Shown here: in pieces, positions 28,539 through 37,271 of the stretch | How positions within the stretch are numbered: position 1 is the first letter of the stretch | How the letters are laid out: each line of letters begins with the position of its first letter | Origin: Vulcanimicrobiota bacterium | Lineage (GTDB): Bacteria > Vulcanimicrobiota > Xenobia > Xenobiales > JADMJV01 | Length of the DNA: 64,000 nucleotides | Direction: 5' to 3' | Assembly (NCBI GenBank): GCA_050250895.1 | Contig: JBFWNU010000004.1 | Location: forward strand, 366,934 to 430,933 | Program-made: the position numbers and the translations under genes | The notes under the pieces: model-generated | What the model saw: the letters and a program-made list of their open reading frames with translations, nothing else | Told to the model about the DNA's origin: nothing | The model's database searches: none

Positions 28539-29903
28539 GTGCGCCTGAAAAACTTGCTGACCCTGGCTCTGGTCGCCTTGAGCCTGCTGGTCCTTGCCAT
28601 CTACAGCGCCCTGTTCCGGAATACCGGGCTGGCCGACGCCCAGGGACCGCCCCCCGTGGTCTTTCATTTTCCCAACAGCCGTGAGGTCCATCTGGCCGAG
28701 CAACACCGGTGGCCCGAGCTACGCCACCATCTCGGCACGGTCCCCTGGCCCCCCGACACCGCGGCTGCCTACCAGCCTCTGGCGGGCGAGCGGATTCAGC
28801 TTCGGCACTTCGTGGATGACTTTCCTCAGAATCTCATCGACCGCTCGGATGAGGCGGGAACCTGGTTGCTCGAGGTCCACCCCGACTTCGTCTATCAGGT
28901 GTTTCCCATTCATCGCGACGGTCGATTGGATGGACACGTGCTGGTCCATCTCACGCCCGGCCCGCGCTTCAACGAGCACCGGCGTCCCGCCATGGTCACG
29001 GCTCGTTGGGCCAGCGCGACGGTGGCCTTGCTGGTCTGCCTGATGATGGTGCAGCTGGCCAGCCGCCGCTCGGCCGTTCGCCTGGAAGAGCTGGCCCAGG
29101 CCGCTCTCAGTCTCTCGGCCGGCCAGCGCCGGCGCCTGGACCCGCCCCGAGTCCCCCTCGAGTTAGCCCAGTTGGGAGAGGCCTTCAACACCATGAGCGA
29201 CCAGCTCGAAGAGCGTATGGCGCGGTTGGTGGAAGCTCGCCAGGCGGCCGAAGAGGCCGATCGATTGCGGCGGGACTTCATCGCCGATATCGCCCACGGC
29301 ATCGGCACCCCCCTGGCCTCGATCCACCTGAGACTGCAGTCTCTAGGCTCCCTTACACCGAGCGAGCGCAGCCAGGCCGAGAAGAAGTTGCTGCGCGACA
29401 TCGCCTGGGTCAGCCAGGCCTCGCGGCGACTGCTCGACCTATCGGTGTGGGAGACGGTCGAGCCCGAACTGCGTCTGACCGAGTTCGACCTGATGCAGCC
29501 GGTCATGGAGACCATCGAGACCCTCGAAGAACCGTTGCTCGAGGCCGGCATGGAGCTCGACCTCAAAGATCTGCGCGCTCTGCAGGTCCGGGCCGACCTC
29601 GGGGCGGTGCGCGAGATTCTGGTGGCCTTGCTCGAGAACTGTGTCAAACACTCGGGAGGAAATTGTCGTTTGCTGGTCAGGGCCGAAGAGAGCGAGGGTC
29701 AGGTCGAGGTGACCATCCGGGACGAAGGGGTGGGAATGGGCGAAGAGCAGCTGAGTCGGGCCGCTCAACGCCACTACACCACCGGCGGCAGCGGATTGGG
29801 TCTGGCCATCGCCCGCCGCCTCGTCGAGGCCCATGGCAGCCGCCTATCGATCACCAGTGCTCCCGGCCAGGGGGTGGAGTTTCGCTTTCGCCTAGATTCT
29901 TAG
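28539..29903 (+). CDS. Sensor histidine kinase (TM-HAMP-HisKA-HATPase)
   Basis: HAMP ELAQLGEAFNTM; atypical H-box AHGIGTP; ENCVKH, DEGVG and GSGLGLAI. Confidence 0.9.
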   Translation: MRLKNLLTLALVALSLLVLAIYSALFRNTGLADAQGPPPVVFHFPNSREVHLAEQHRWPELRHHLGTVPWPPDTAAAYQPLAGERIQLRHFVDDFPQNLIDRSDEAGTWLLEVHPDFVYQVFPIHRDGRLDGHVLVHLTPGPRFNEHRRPAMVTARWASATVALLVCLMMVQLASRRSAVRLEELAQAALSLSAGQRRRLDPPRVPLELAQLGEAFNTMSDQLEERMARLVEARQAAEEADRLRRDFIADIAHGIGTPLASIHLRLQSLGSLTPSERSQAEKKLLRDIAWVSQASRRLLDLSVWETVEPELRLTEFDLMQPVMETIETLEEPLLEAGMELDLKDLRALQVRADLGAVREILVALLENCVKHSGGNCRLLVRAEESEGQVEVTIRDEGVGMGEEQLSRAAQRHYTTGGSGLGLAIARRLVEAHGSRLSITSAPGQGVEFRFRLDS

Positions 29904-32423
29904 CTTGACCACGGTGACGCCCCAGCCCCCCTCGTGGACTTCGCCTAAGCGATAGTCGGCCACCAGGGTGTGCTGACGCAGGTGGCTCTGGACGGCATTG
30001 CGCAAAGCGCCGGTCCCCTTGCCGTGAATGACTTCGAGCTTGTCCGAGCGGGCCATGGCAGCGGCGTCGAGATAACGGTCTAGCTCGAAGAGAGCCTCGT
30101 CGACGGTGAGCCCGCGCAGGTCGACCCGGGTCGAGACCTTATCGCGACCGCTCTCGGGCAGGCGGATCTGGGTGGCCTCGCGGCGAGCCTCGATCACCTC
30201 CAGGTCATCGCGGTCGACGGTCATGCGAACGGCGCCCAGCCGGACCTCGACCCGGTCGCCCTTGTGCGAGATGACCTCGCCGTCTTGCCCGTAGCGGCGG
30301 GCGTAGACGGCCGTGCCGGGCTCGAGCGGAGCACTCGCGTCCGCCGGCTTGGGAGCAGGTCGGTAGGGAGCCAACTGCTCGTCGAGTTGAGCCAGGGCGG
30401 CCTCGACCTGGCGGGCCTCGCGGCGGGCGACTTCGTCGACCACGTCCTCGTCCGGTTCGGGCTCGGCCGGGGTTTCGGTGGTGGCGAACTGCTCGTCAAA
30501 GCCCTCCTCTTCGGCCTCTTCCAGGGGAGCTTCCAACTCCTCCTGGCTCGGTTCTGGGGGCGGCTCGACCCGTTGAGCCAATTCTTCGGTCAACTGGCGG
30601 GCCTGCTCGAGAGCGTCCCGGCGAGCCTGACCCAGAGCTTTCATGCGGGTGCGAAAGTCTTGCAGCAAGCCGGTGACCTTCTTGCGGGCATCTTCCACCA
30701 GGCGTCCGGCCTCGACCGAGGCCTCGGCCAGCAGTCGTTCGCGCTCGTCGCGAGCGGCTCGCATCTTCTCTTCATAGGCCCGGCGCAGCTCCGACAGCTC
30801 GCGATTCTCGACCTCGAGCCGCCCTTCCAGAGCCCGCACGGCGTCGCGTTCGTGCTCGAGATCGTCGAGCAACCCCTCCACCCCGGCATGGTCCTGGCCC
30901 AGGTGCTCGCGAGCCCGCCGCAGCACTTCTCGAGGCAATCCCAGGCGGTCGGCGATGGCCAGAGCGTTGGAGCGGCCGGGAATGCCCATCAAAATGCGAA
31001 AGGTCGGCGATAGGCTGGCGGCGTCGAACTCGACAGCCGCATTCTGAAAGCCCGGGGTCTGAGCGGCGTGGACCTTGAGTTGGGATAGATGAGTGGTCAG
31101 CACCGTCAGCCCGCCCTGGGCGTTGAGATAGTCGAGCAGGGCGATGCCCAGCGCGCTGCCCTCGGCCGGGTCGGTGCCCGCCCCCAGTTCGTCGAGCAGG
31201 ACCAGAGTGCGGGGGCCCGATTGGGGTAGGATGCGCAAAATCTGGGTGAGGTGGGCGGAAAAGGTCGATAGGCTCTGGGCGATGCTCTGCTCGTCGCCGA
31301 TGTCGGCCCAGACGCCCGTCAGTAAAGGCACGGTGGTGCCCGAACTGGCGGGGATGGGCATGCCGCACAGCGCCATCACGGCCAGCAAGCCCACCGTCTT
31401 GAGCCCCACCGTCTTGCCCCCCGTGTTGGGACCGGTGATGACCAGGGTGGTGAAACCGTCACCCACTTCGATCGAGATCGGCACGCAGTCTCGCCCCAGC
31501 AACGGATGGCGGGCGTTGACCAGGCGCAGGGCGCAATCCTCTTTGACCTCGGGCAGGTTGGCCCCCGCCTCGACGGCGTAACGAGCCAGGGCCAGGATAG
31601 CATCGAGATAGCCGAGGGTGTTGGCCACCTCGAGCAGCCGATGGCTCTCTTCCCCCACCCGGCCCGAGAGGCCGGCCAGCACGGCCTCGACCTCTTTCTC
31701 TTCGGCCAGCTCGGCCGAGCGCAACTTGTTGCCCAGTTCTACCACCGAGTAGGGCTCCATGAAGACCGTGGCGCCGCTGGCTGACTGGTCGATCACCAGG
31801 CCCGGAAACTGCCCTCGATGGTCGGCCTTGACCGGCACCACGTGGCGGCCGTTGCGTTGAGTGACGATGGGCTCTTGCAGTAGCCTGGCGATGTCTCCTC
31901 GACGCAAGATATTCTGCAAGGTCGACTGGACCTGACCCTCCAGGCGGCGAACCTCGAGGCGCAGCTTGCCCAGCCGCGGGCTGGCCGTGTCGAGCACCCG
32001 TTGGTCGGGCCCGATCGAATTCTTGATGGCCGACTCGAGCTTGGGAAAGGGCGTCAGAATCTCGCCGCGACCGGCCAGCCGGGGACATTGCTGGCGCTGC
32101 CCGTGCAACAGCCGCCCCGAGCGCCGCGAGGCGGCTATCAGCTCGAGCACGTCGAGCAAGACCCCCGGGCCCAGCACCGAGCCTTTAGCCGCAGCCTTGA
32201 TCGGGTCGCGCACATCCTGCAGGCCGCCCAGCGTCAGGCCCGAGCCCGACTCGACCAGCTCGAGCCCCTCGGCCACTTCGGCCTGGCGTTCGCTCAGGTC
32301 GTAAAGATCGTTGCAGGGCTGGAAAGCCTCGAGGGTCTGGCGGCCGAGACTCCAATGGGTCTGGCGACAGACCAGCTCGAGCACGGCCGGAAACTCGAGC
32401 ACTCTGAGGGCGTGGGAGTCCAT
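29892..32423 (-). CDS. mutS2: Endonuclease MutS2 with Smr domain
   Basis: N-terminal LRVLEF; TGPNTGGKT Walker A; IGDEQSI, STFS and LLDELGAGTDP; Smr VDLRG and IHGKGTG; acidic Pro-rich linker. Confidence 0.96.
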   Translation of the reverse strand: MDSHALRVLEFPAVLELVCRQTHWSLGRQTLEAFQPCNDLYDLSERQAEVAEGLELVESGSGLTLGGLQDVRDPIKAAAKGSVLGPGVLLDVLELIAASRRSGRLLHGQRQQCPRLAGRGEILTPFPKLESAIKNSIGPDQRVLDTASPRLGKLRLEVRRLEGQVQSTLQNILRRGDIARLLQEPIVTQRNGRHVVPVKADHRGQFPGLVIDQSASGATVFMEPYSVVELGNKLRSAELAEEKEVEAVLAGLSGRVGEESHRLLEVANTLGYLDAILALARYAVEAGANLPEVKEDCALRLVNARHPLLGRDCVPISIEVGDGFTTLVITGPNTGGKTVGLKTVGLLAVMALCGMPIPASSGTTVPLLTGVWADIGDEQSIAQSLSTFSAHLTQILRILPQSGPRTLVLLDELGAGTDPAEGSALGIALLDYLNAQGGLTVLTTHLSQLKVHAAQTPGFQNAAVEFDAASLSPTFRILMGIPGRSNALAIADRLGLPREVLRRAREHLGQDHAGVEGLLDDLEHERDAVRALEGRLEVENRELSELRRAYEEKMRAARDERERLLAEASVEAGRLVEDARKKVTGLLQDFRTRMKALGQARRDALEQARQLTEELAQRVEPPPEPSQEELEAPLEEAEEEGFDEQFATTETPAEPEPDEDVVDEVARREARQVEAALAQLDEQLAPYRPAPKPADASAPLEPGTAVYARRYGQDGEVISHKGDRVEVRLGAVRMTVDRDDLEVIEARREATQIRLPESGRDKVSTRVDLRGLTVDEALFELDRYLDAAAMARSDKLEVIHGKGTGALRNAVQSHLRQHTLVADYRLGEVHEGGWGVTVVKLRI

Positions 32424-32461
32424 GCCCGCGATGTTCCCACTCTCGAGTTCGAATCCTTCGC

Positions 32462-33223
32462 CTAACGTCCCAGCGCCTGGCGTACCAACTGCTCTCGCTC
32501 GTGGCCGCCAGGGTGTTGCATATCGGCCTCCAGGCCGCCCAGGAACGCCAGTGCCGGAGCCGGATCGCAACCAAGCTGAGCCAACACTCCGGCGGCGAAG
32601 GCGTCGGCCTCCCGTTCGTTCTGGTGGCGACCTTCGCGCAAGACCTTGAAGCTGAGGCTCTCTAGCTGGTCGTTGCCCTGGCAGCCGGCCAGGAAGGCCT
32701 CGAGCCCGGCCACGCCCGCCTTGTCGCGATGCTGGCGATGGCCCTCTTCGTGGGCCAGAGTGAAGAGCAAGATGGTGTCGTCGGCCATGTCGCCGGCCAG
32801 GCTGGCGGTGCCCAGATACATTTCGCGGCTGTCGGACTGGGCGTCGATGAAGCTCGACTCGAGCACCACCGGGGCCGGAAAGCTCGACTGACTGGCCTGG
32901 GCCACCTGGCTCCAGGCCTGCTCGACTCGCGGGTCCTGGCGGTGCGGTAGGCTGGAGTACTGGTCGGCCAGATTATCGGCAAAAGCGGCATCTTCGGCCT
33001 GACTCACCAGGTTCTGGCCGATCTCTTGACTGAGGGCCGCCAGGGCCGGCACTTGGCTGGCTCCGGCAGCGGCCGAAACGGCCAGGACCATCTGTTGGAA
33101 ACGACGCGCCTGGTTACTCGGTTCGAAGCTATCGGCCGGCAAAGCCTCGAGCTGGTCAGCCGGGACGAGGGGACGGGCCCGTTCGCAGAAGGCGCGTTGA
33201 AACTGGAACGTGTCGATTCTCAC
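32462..33223 (-). CDS. M48-like zinc metalloprotease
   Basis: LAHEEGH (HExxH), EREADAFA and a late HP motif. Confidence 0.75.
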   Translation of the reverse strand: MRIDTFQFQRAFCERARPLVPADQLEALPADSFEPSNQARRFQQMVLAVSAAAGASQVPALAALSQEIGQNLVSQAEDAAFADNLADQYSSLPHRQDPRVEQAWSQVAQASQSSFPAPVVLESSFIDAQSDSREMYLGTASLAGDMADDTILLFTLAHEEGHRQHRDKAGVAGLEAFLAGCQGNDQLESLSFKVLREGRHQNEREADAFAAGVLAQLGCDPAPALAFLGGLEADMQHPGGHEREQLVRQALGR

Positions 33224-33303
33224 ATAGCGACTCTAGGCGAGCTGGTATGCTTTGTCCTGAACAAGCTGTGTCCAGACGACCAAAAGGAGCGCAACCACCG
33301 ACC

Positions 33304-33603
33304 ATGGAAAGATCCCGAATGGAATGGCGCTGTCCCGACTGCAACATGCTGGCGAACTCGGCGGTGTGCGAGTGCGGACGCCGGCAAAGTCGCCGATCAG
33401 CCTTCGGCAGCCCTTTGCAGCTGTTCTTTCTGGCGGCTCTGGTGACGTGCCTGGTGCTGGCGGCCTGGTGCGAGGCGCACTACTACAACCACGGCATCGA
33501 CTGGCTGGTAGCCGGACGCCAGATCCATGAGGTCTTCCAGGGACTGGCCATGGGCCTGGTCGTGGTCACCTTGATCTCGCTGGTGGATTGGCGGTCGGCC
33601 TGA
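33304..33603 (+). CDS. Small membrane protein with an N-terminal Cys cluster
   Basis: CPDC and CECG followed by two TM helices. The start is uncertain. Confidence 0.55.
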   Translation: MERSRMEWRCPDCNMLANSAVCECGRRQSRRSAFGSPLQLFFLAALVTCLVLAAWCEAHYYNHGIDWLVAGRQIHEVFQGLAMGLVVVTLISLVDWRSA

Positions 33604-33933
33604 ATGAGCGATATCCCCCCGCCTTACAGTCCCGAGATCGAGGCGCGCATCGCCCAAATGGTAGCCCTCGGCTGGCGGCGTGACGATGTCTACGTGCGAG
33701 CCAATGGCGAGGTGTATCACGACCCGATGAGTGACGCTGTGGCCTATCTCTGCGCCGGCCATCACGCCAGCCTCGATTGCTACATGAACAGCCACCCCCA
33801 CCGCTTTCCGGTGCCCGAGCCCGTCGACGAAGCGAGTATCGAACTCCCTCCCGAGCCGTGGTGGATTCGGCTCAACTGGGCCATCATCGGCTACCTCGCC
33901 CGACTGGGCAGGGCCCAGAGGGAGAGTTCCTAG
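33604..33933 (+). CDS. Hypothetical protein
   Basis: The ATG directly follows the upstream stop, and the ORF fills the gap. Confidence 0.55.
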   Translation: MSDIPPPYSPEIEARIAQMVALGWRRDDVYVRANGEVYHDPMSDAVAYLCAGHHASLDCYMNSHPHRFPVPEPVDEASIELPPEPWWIRLNWAIIGYLARLGRAQRESS

Positions 33934-35150
33934 TCGCGAATGTCGAGTTCGATATCGCCCACGGTAATGACACCATCACCCAAATCGATGGTGGGAAGAG
34001 GGGCGTCGGGCTGGGCGGGGTCGCGCTCGAGAGCTTTCAATAGACCCATGCTGGAGAGGGCGTGTAGTCCGCCTTTGCGCGTAGCCAGGATGACCCGGTC
34101 CCCTTGCAGGGTCAAGCTGGAGGGGGTCTGTTTTTCGTCGGAGGTGTAGTTCCACAGCACCGAGCCGTCCTCGGGGCGCATGGCATAAACCTGACCTTCC
34201 TGGTCGCCCACCGCATAGACGGTGTCGTCAGGGCCAACCTGGACCCCGGAATGGGCTATGGGAAACTGCATCTGCTTGCTCCACAGTTCGTTGCCTTCGG
34301 CGTCGAGGCAAAACAGGGTGCGATCCCAGCTGCCGGCGTAGATGCGGGTGCCATCGTTGGAGAGAACCGGGGTCGAACTCAACGCAAACGAGTCTCGCTT
34401 GGAAAGGGATTCACGCTGCTCGGCGGTCATCTGGTCAAGCCGTTGATGAGCCTCGCCCGAGAACTCCCAGAGCGTATTTCCCTGGGTGTCCATCTTGCGG
34501 ATCTTGCCATTACCGGTGGTGAAGAGCAGGCCATCCTCGGTCGGAGTGACCCGCGTGCCCGCGTGCAATCCGTCGTAAGACGGAAACCCCCGGGACCACA
34601 AAAAGTTGCCGTCTTTGATGGCGGTGATGGAGCCATCGGCCTGATAGATGGTGTCGTCGGCGCCCACCGCCAGACCGCCGTGATGCCCGGTGTTTTGCCG
34701 AGTATAATGGGTCCAGCCCCGCTGACCGTCAAACTTGATGAGATGGACGTTGCCGGGCCAGCCCTCGGAATAGACCACGCCATCCTTAGACACAGCGCCA
34801 ATACGACCGGTAGGCGGGGCCGGCAGGTCTTCTTTACTGATGCTCCACTGGGGCTGGCCGTCTTTGCGGTCCAGGCAAACCAGGGGAGCCTCGCTCGTCG
34901 TAACGATGACGGCCTCGCTGGTAACCAGCGGGGAGGCGGCCATGGCCAGGCCTTTCATCTCTTTTTGCCACTGGACTTCGGCGTTGTCGGGATTCATGGC
35001 GATAAGAGCCCGGTCGGTGGGCACGTAGAGCGTTCCGTCATCGCCCACGCTGGGCGGGGCCACGATATCGCGGTCGAGCTTGACCGACCATTCCTCGACC
35101 GTGCTGCGCTTGGGGTCGAGGACCACAGAGATGGGGTTGGAGCCTATCAT
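33930..35150 (-). CDS. PQQ-like (BamB-type) beta-propeller repeat protein
   Basis: Repeated blades such as DGTLYV, LVCLDRKDGQPQW and LFCLDAEGNELW; no signal peptide. Confidence 0.85.
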   Translation of the reverse strand: MIGSNPISVVLDPKRSTVEEWSVKLDRDIVAPPSVGDDGTLYVPTDRALIAMNPDNAEVQWQKEMKGLAMAASPLVTSEAVIVTTSEAPLVCLDRKDGQPQWSISKEDLPAPPTGRIGAVSKDGVVYSEGWPGNVHLIKFDGQRGWTHYTRQNTGHHGGLAVGADDTIYQADGSITAIKDGNFLWSRGFPSYDGLHAGTRVTPTEDGLLFTTGNGKIRKMDTQGNTLWEFSGEAHQRLDQMTAEQRESLSKRDSFALSSTPVLSNDGTRIYAGSWDRTLFCLDAEGNELWSKQMQFPIAHSGVQVGPDDTVYAVGDQEGQVYAMRPEDGSVLWNYTSDEKQTPSSLTLQGDRVILATRKGGLHALSSMGLLKALERDPAQPDAPLPTIDLGDGVITVGDIELDIRD

Positions 35151-35173
35151 CTCATGAGCCTAAAGCGCCCGGC

Positions 35174-35422
35174 TTAACGGGTTCTTAAATAACGGAGAAA
35201 ATCCCACAGGCCAGCGAAACGGTAGTCGCCGTCGATGTAATGCTCGATGACGTAGAAGGCGAAGTAGTAGGCCCGGGCAAAGGCCCAGATAGCCAGCGCC
35301 AGCATCCCGGCTACCATGGGCTCGGGATGAAGCAGCAGCAGATTGAGCGCCGCCATCAACCCCAGCAGTAGAAAAAGCACACCTTTGGCATAGAGCCACT
35401 TCGGATTCTCGAGATCGCCCAT
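35174..35422 (-). CDS. Small membrane protein
   Basis: MGDLENPKWLYAKG...YYFAFYVIEHYID with 2-3 TM helices; the ORF can extend to 35488. Confidence 0.65.
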   Translation of the reverse strand: MGDLENPKWLYAKGVLFLLLGLMAALNLLLLHPEPMVAGMLALAIWAFARAYYFAFYVIEHYIDGDYRFAGLWDFLRYLRTR

Positions 35423-35501
35423 CACCCGATTTATACCCCCAGGTTGCACTTCTCGGAAGTTTTCCACAAGGATTTGAGGATTTTTCAAGGAATCTAAGGG
35501 A

Positions 35502-37271
35502 ATGGATTTATTGGGCTTGGTAGAGCAAGCGGCCGATGGAGACGTGCTGCAGCTCGAGGGTGTCTATTCTTTGGCCGAGCCGCTGGTCTTGACGCGGGCA
35601 GTGAGCCTGGTGGGCCAGGCGGCCACCATCGTGTCCGAGAGTCCTGACGTGGTGGTGCGGCTGGTGGGTCCCGGCCCTTTCAGTTTTCATGACATCCGTT
35701 TCGAATATCGCGGCCAAGAGCCGGCCCGGGTGGTCTGGCTCGAATCGGGTCGAGCCGACTTCGAGCGCTGTCGCTTCAGCGGCGGCCATTGGAATGACGA
35801 GCGTGGCTATGGCTGCGGTCTGCACCTGGGCGGCCAGAGCCAGGCCAGAGTGCGCCAATGCCAGTTCTTTGAAAACGATGTGGGGGTGCTGGTCGACCAC
35901 CAGGCTCGGCCTTTACTCGAGGGTTGCCGGTTCACCGATAATCGTCTCGACGGTTTGCGTTTTCGTGGCTATTCGGGCGGTCGGGCGGTGCAGAACGAAT
36001 GTCGAGGCAACGGCTGGTCGGGTATTTCGGTGGCCGGCGAGGCGACCCCCGAGCTGGTCAGCAACTTCTGCTCCGAGAACGGGAGCAGCGGTATCCTCTA
36101 TCGCGAGCGAGGCAGCGGCATCGGTTCGTCCAACGAGTGTTCGCACAACGCCCACCACGGCATCAGCTTGAGCGAATACTGCCGCCCCTTGCTCAAAGCC
36201 AACCAGTGCGAAGAGAACCAGCTCTGCGGCATCGACCTGGGGGATCAGTCGCGCGGCGTGTTGCAATCGAATCTTTGTTGCGGCAACGGCGTGCACGGCA
36301 TGCAGGTGCGCGATGAGGCCGATCCCGTCCTGGAAGACAACGAGTGCATGGAGAACGCCAGCTCGGGGCTGGCCATTTTCGGAGCCTCGCGAGCCGTGTG
36401 CCGGCGCAACGTGTTGACCCAGAACGCCTGCTACGGCCTGCAAGTGAGCCAGGACGCCTCGCCCGTGCTCGTCGAGAACCACGCCGTGGGTAATCGTCTG
36501 TCGGGGTTCGGCTTCTTTGGCCAGGCGGGCGGCCTGGGGGCCGCCAACGAGTGCAGCGAAAACCACGGCTACGGGGTGCAACTGTCGGGCACCGCAGCCC
36601 CCATCCTGGGCGATCAGCTCTGCACTCAAAACCAGCGCGGGGGCCTCCTGGCAGCCGAAGAGAGCCGTCCCCTCGTGCGGGGCGGCCAGTTCAGCAAGAA
36701 CGAAAAGCACGGCCTGGTGGTCAACGACCGCTCCCGCCCCCTGTTGCACGGAGCCAAAGCCGCCAGCAATGCCGAAGACGGCGTGGTCTTCGTGGGCCGA
36801 GCCGGGGGCGAGGCGCTGGCGGTCGAGGCCAGCGAGAACGGCCGCCACGGAATGTCCATCGGCCCCAAGACCTCACCCCTGCTCGAAGGCTGCAACTGCA
36901 ACCAGAACCAGGCAGCCGATACCAGCAACCAATCGGGCAAGGCCCGCACAGCCTCGCGGGGCGGCGAACACGAACCACTGCCCGAGGGCTTCGAGGTGGC
37001 CATCGAAAGCGGCGAATCGCTGCGTCTGCCGTTCGAACCCAAGGGAGTGGAAAAGTTGATTCTCGAGGCTCTACTAAAGCACGGTCGCTTGAGCGAGGCA
37101 TCCCTTGCCAAGGTGGCCCGCACCCGCCGCATCGGGGGAGCCATGGAGAACTTGCTCGAGCGCCTCAATCAGGCCGGGCTGCGCTATATTCGGCGCGACG
37201 GCGAGGGGCCCGAGGGCAACGTCTACGCGCTCAGCCGCGACACCAACCAATCAGGGAGACAAGCATGCTAG
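35502..37271 (+). CDS. Right-handed parallel beta-helix repeat protein with a C-terminal winged-helix-like domain
   Basis: Many ~23-aa coils of the type NxCxxNxxxG[ILM]; C-terminal LILEALLKHGRLSEASLAK...NVYAL; no signal peptide. Confidence 0.85.
   Translation: MDLLGLVEQAADGDVLQLEGVYSLAEPLVLTRAVSLVGQAATIVSESPDVVVRLVGPGPFSFHDIRFEYRGQEPARVVWLESGRADFERCRFSGGHWNDERGYGCGLHLGGQSQARVRQCQFFENDVGVLVDHQARPLLEGCRFTDNRLDGLRFRGYSGGRAVQNECRGNGWSGISVAGEATPELVSNFCSENGSSGILYRERGSGIGSSNECSHNAHHGISLSEYCRPLLKANQCEENQLCGIDLGDQSRGVLQSNLCCGNGVHGMQVRDEADPVLEDNECMENASSGLAIFGASRAVCRRNVLTQNACYGLQVSQDASPVLVENHAVGNRLSGFGFFGQAGGLGAANECSENHGYGVQLSGTAAPILGDQLCTQNQRGGLLAAEESRPLVRGGQFSKNEKHGLVVNDRSRPLLHGAKAASNAEDGVVFVGRAGGEALAVEASENGRHGMSIGPKTSPLLEGCNCNQNQAADTSNQSGKARTASRGGEHEPLPEGFEVAIESGESLRLPFEPKGVEKLILEALLKHGRLSEASLAKVARTRRIGGAMENLLERLNQAGLRYIRRDGEGPEGNVYALSRDTNQSGRQAC

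Noticed and set aside
32424-32570. N-terminal extension of MutS2
   Set aside because: It overlaps the upstream M48-like gene. The family-typical start is MDSHALRVLEF at 32423.
36551-37264. N-terminal extension of the 672-aa ORF that ends in BrxD
   Set aside because: It is Arg/Pro/Gly-rich off-frame translation of the beta-helix gene. BrxD similarity and an RBS begin at the ATG at 37265.
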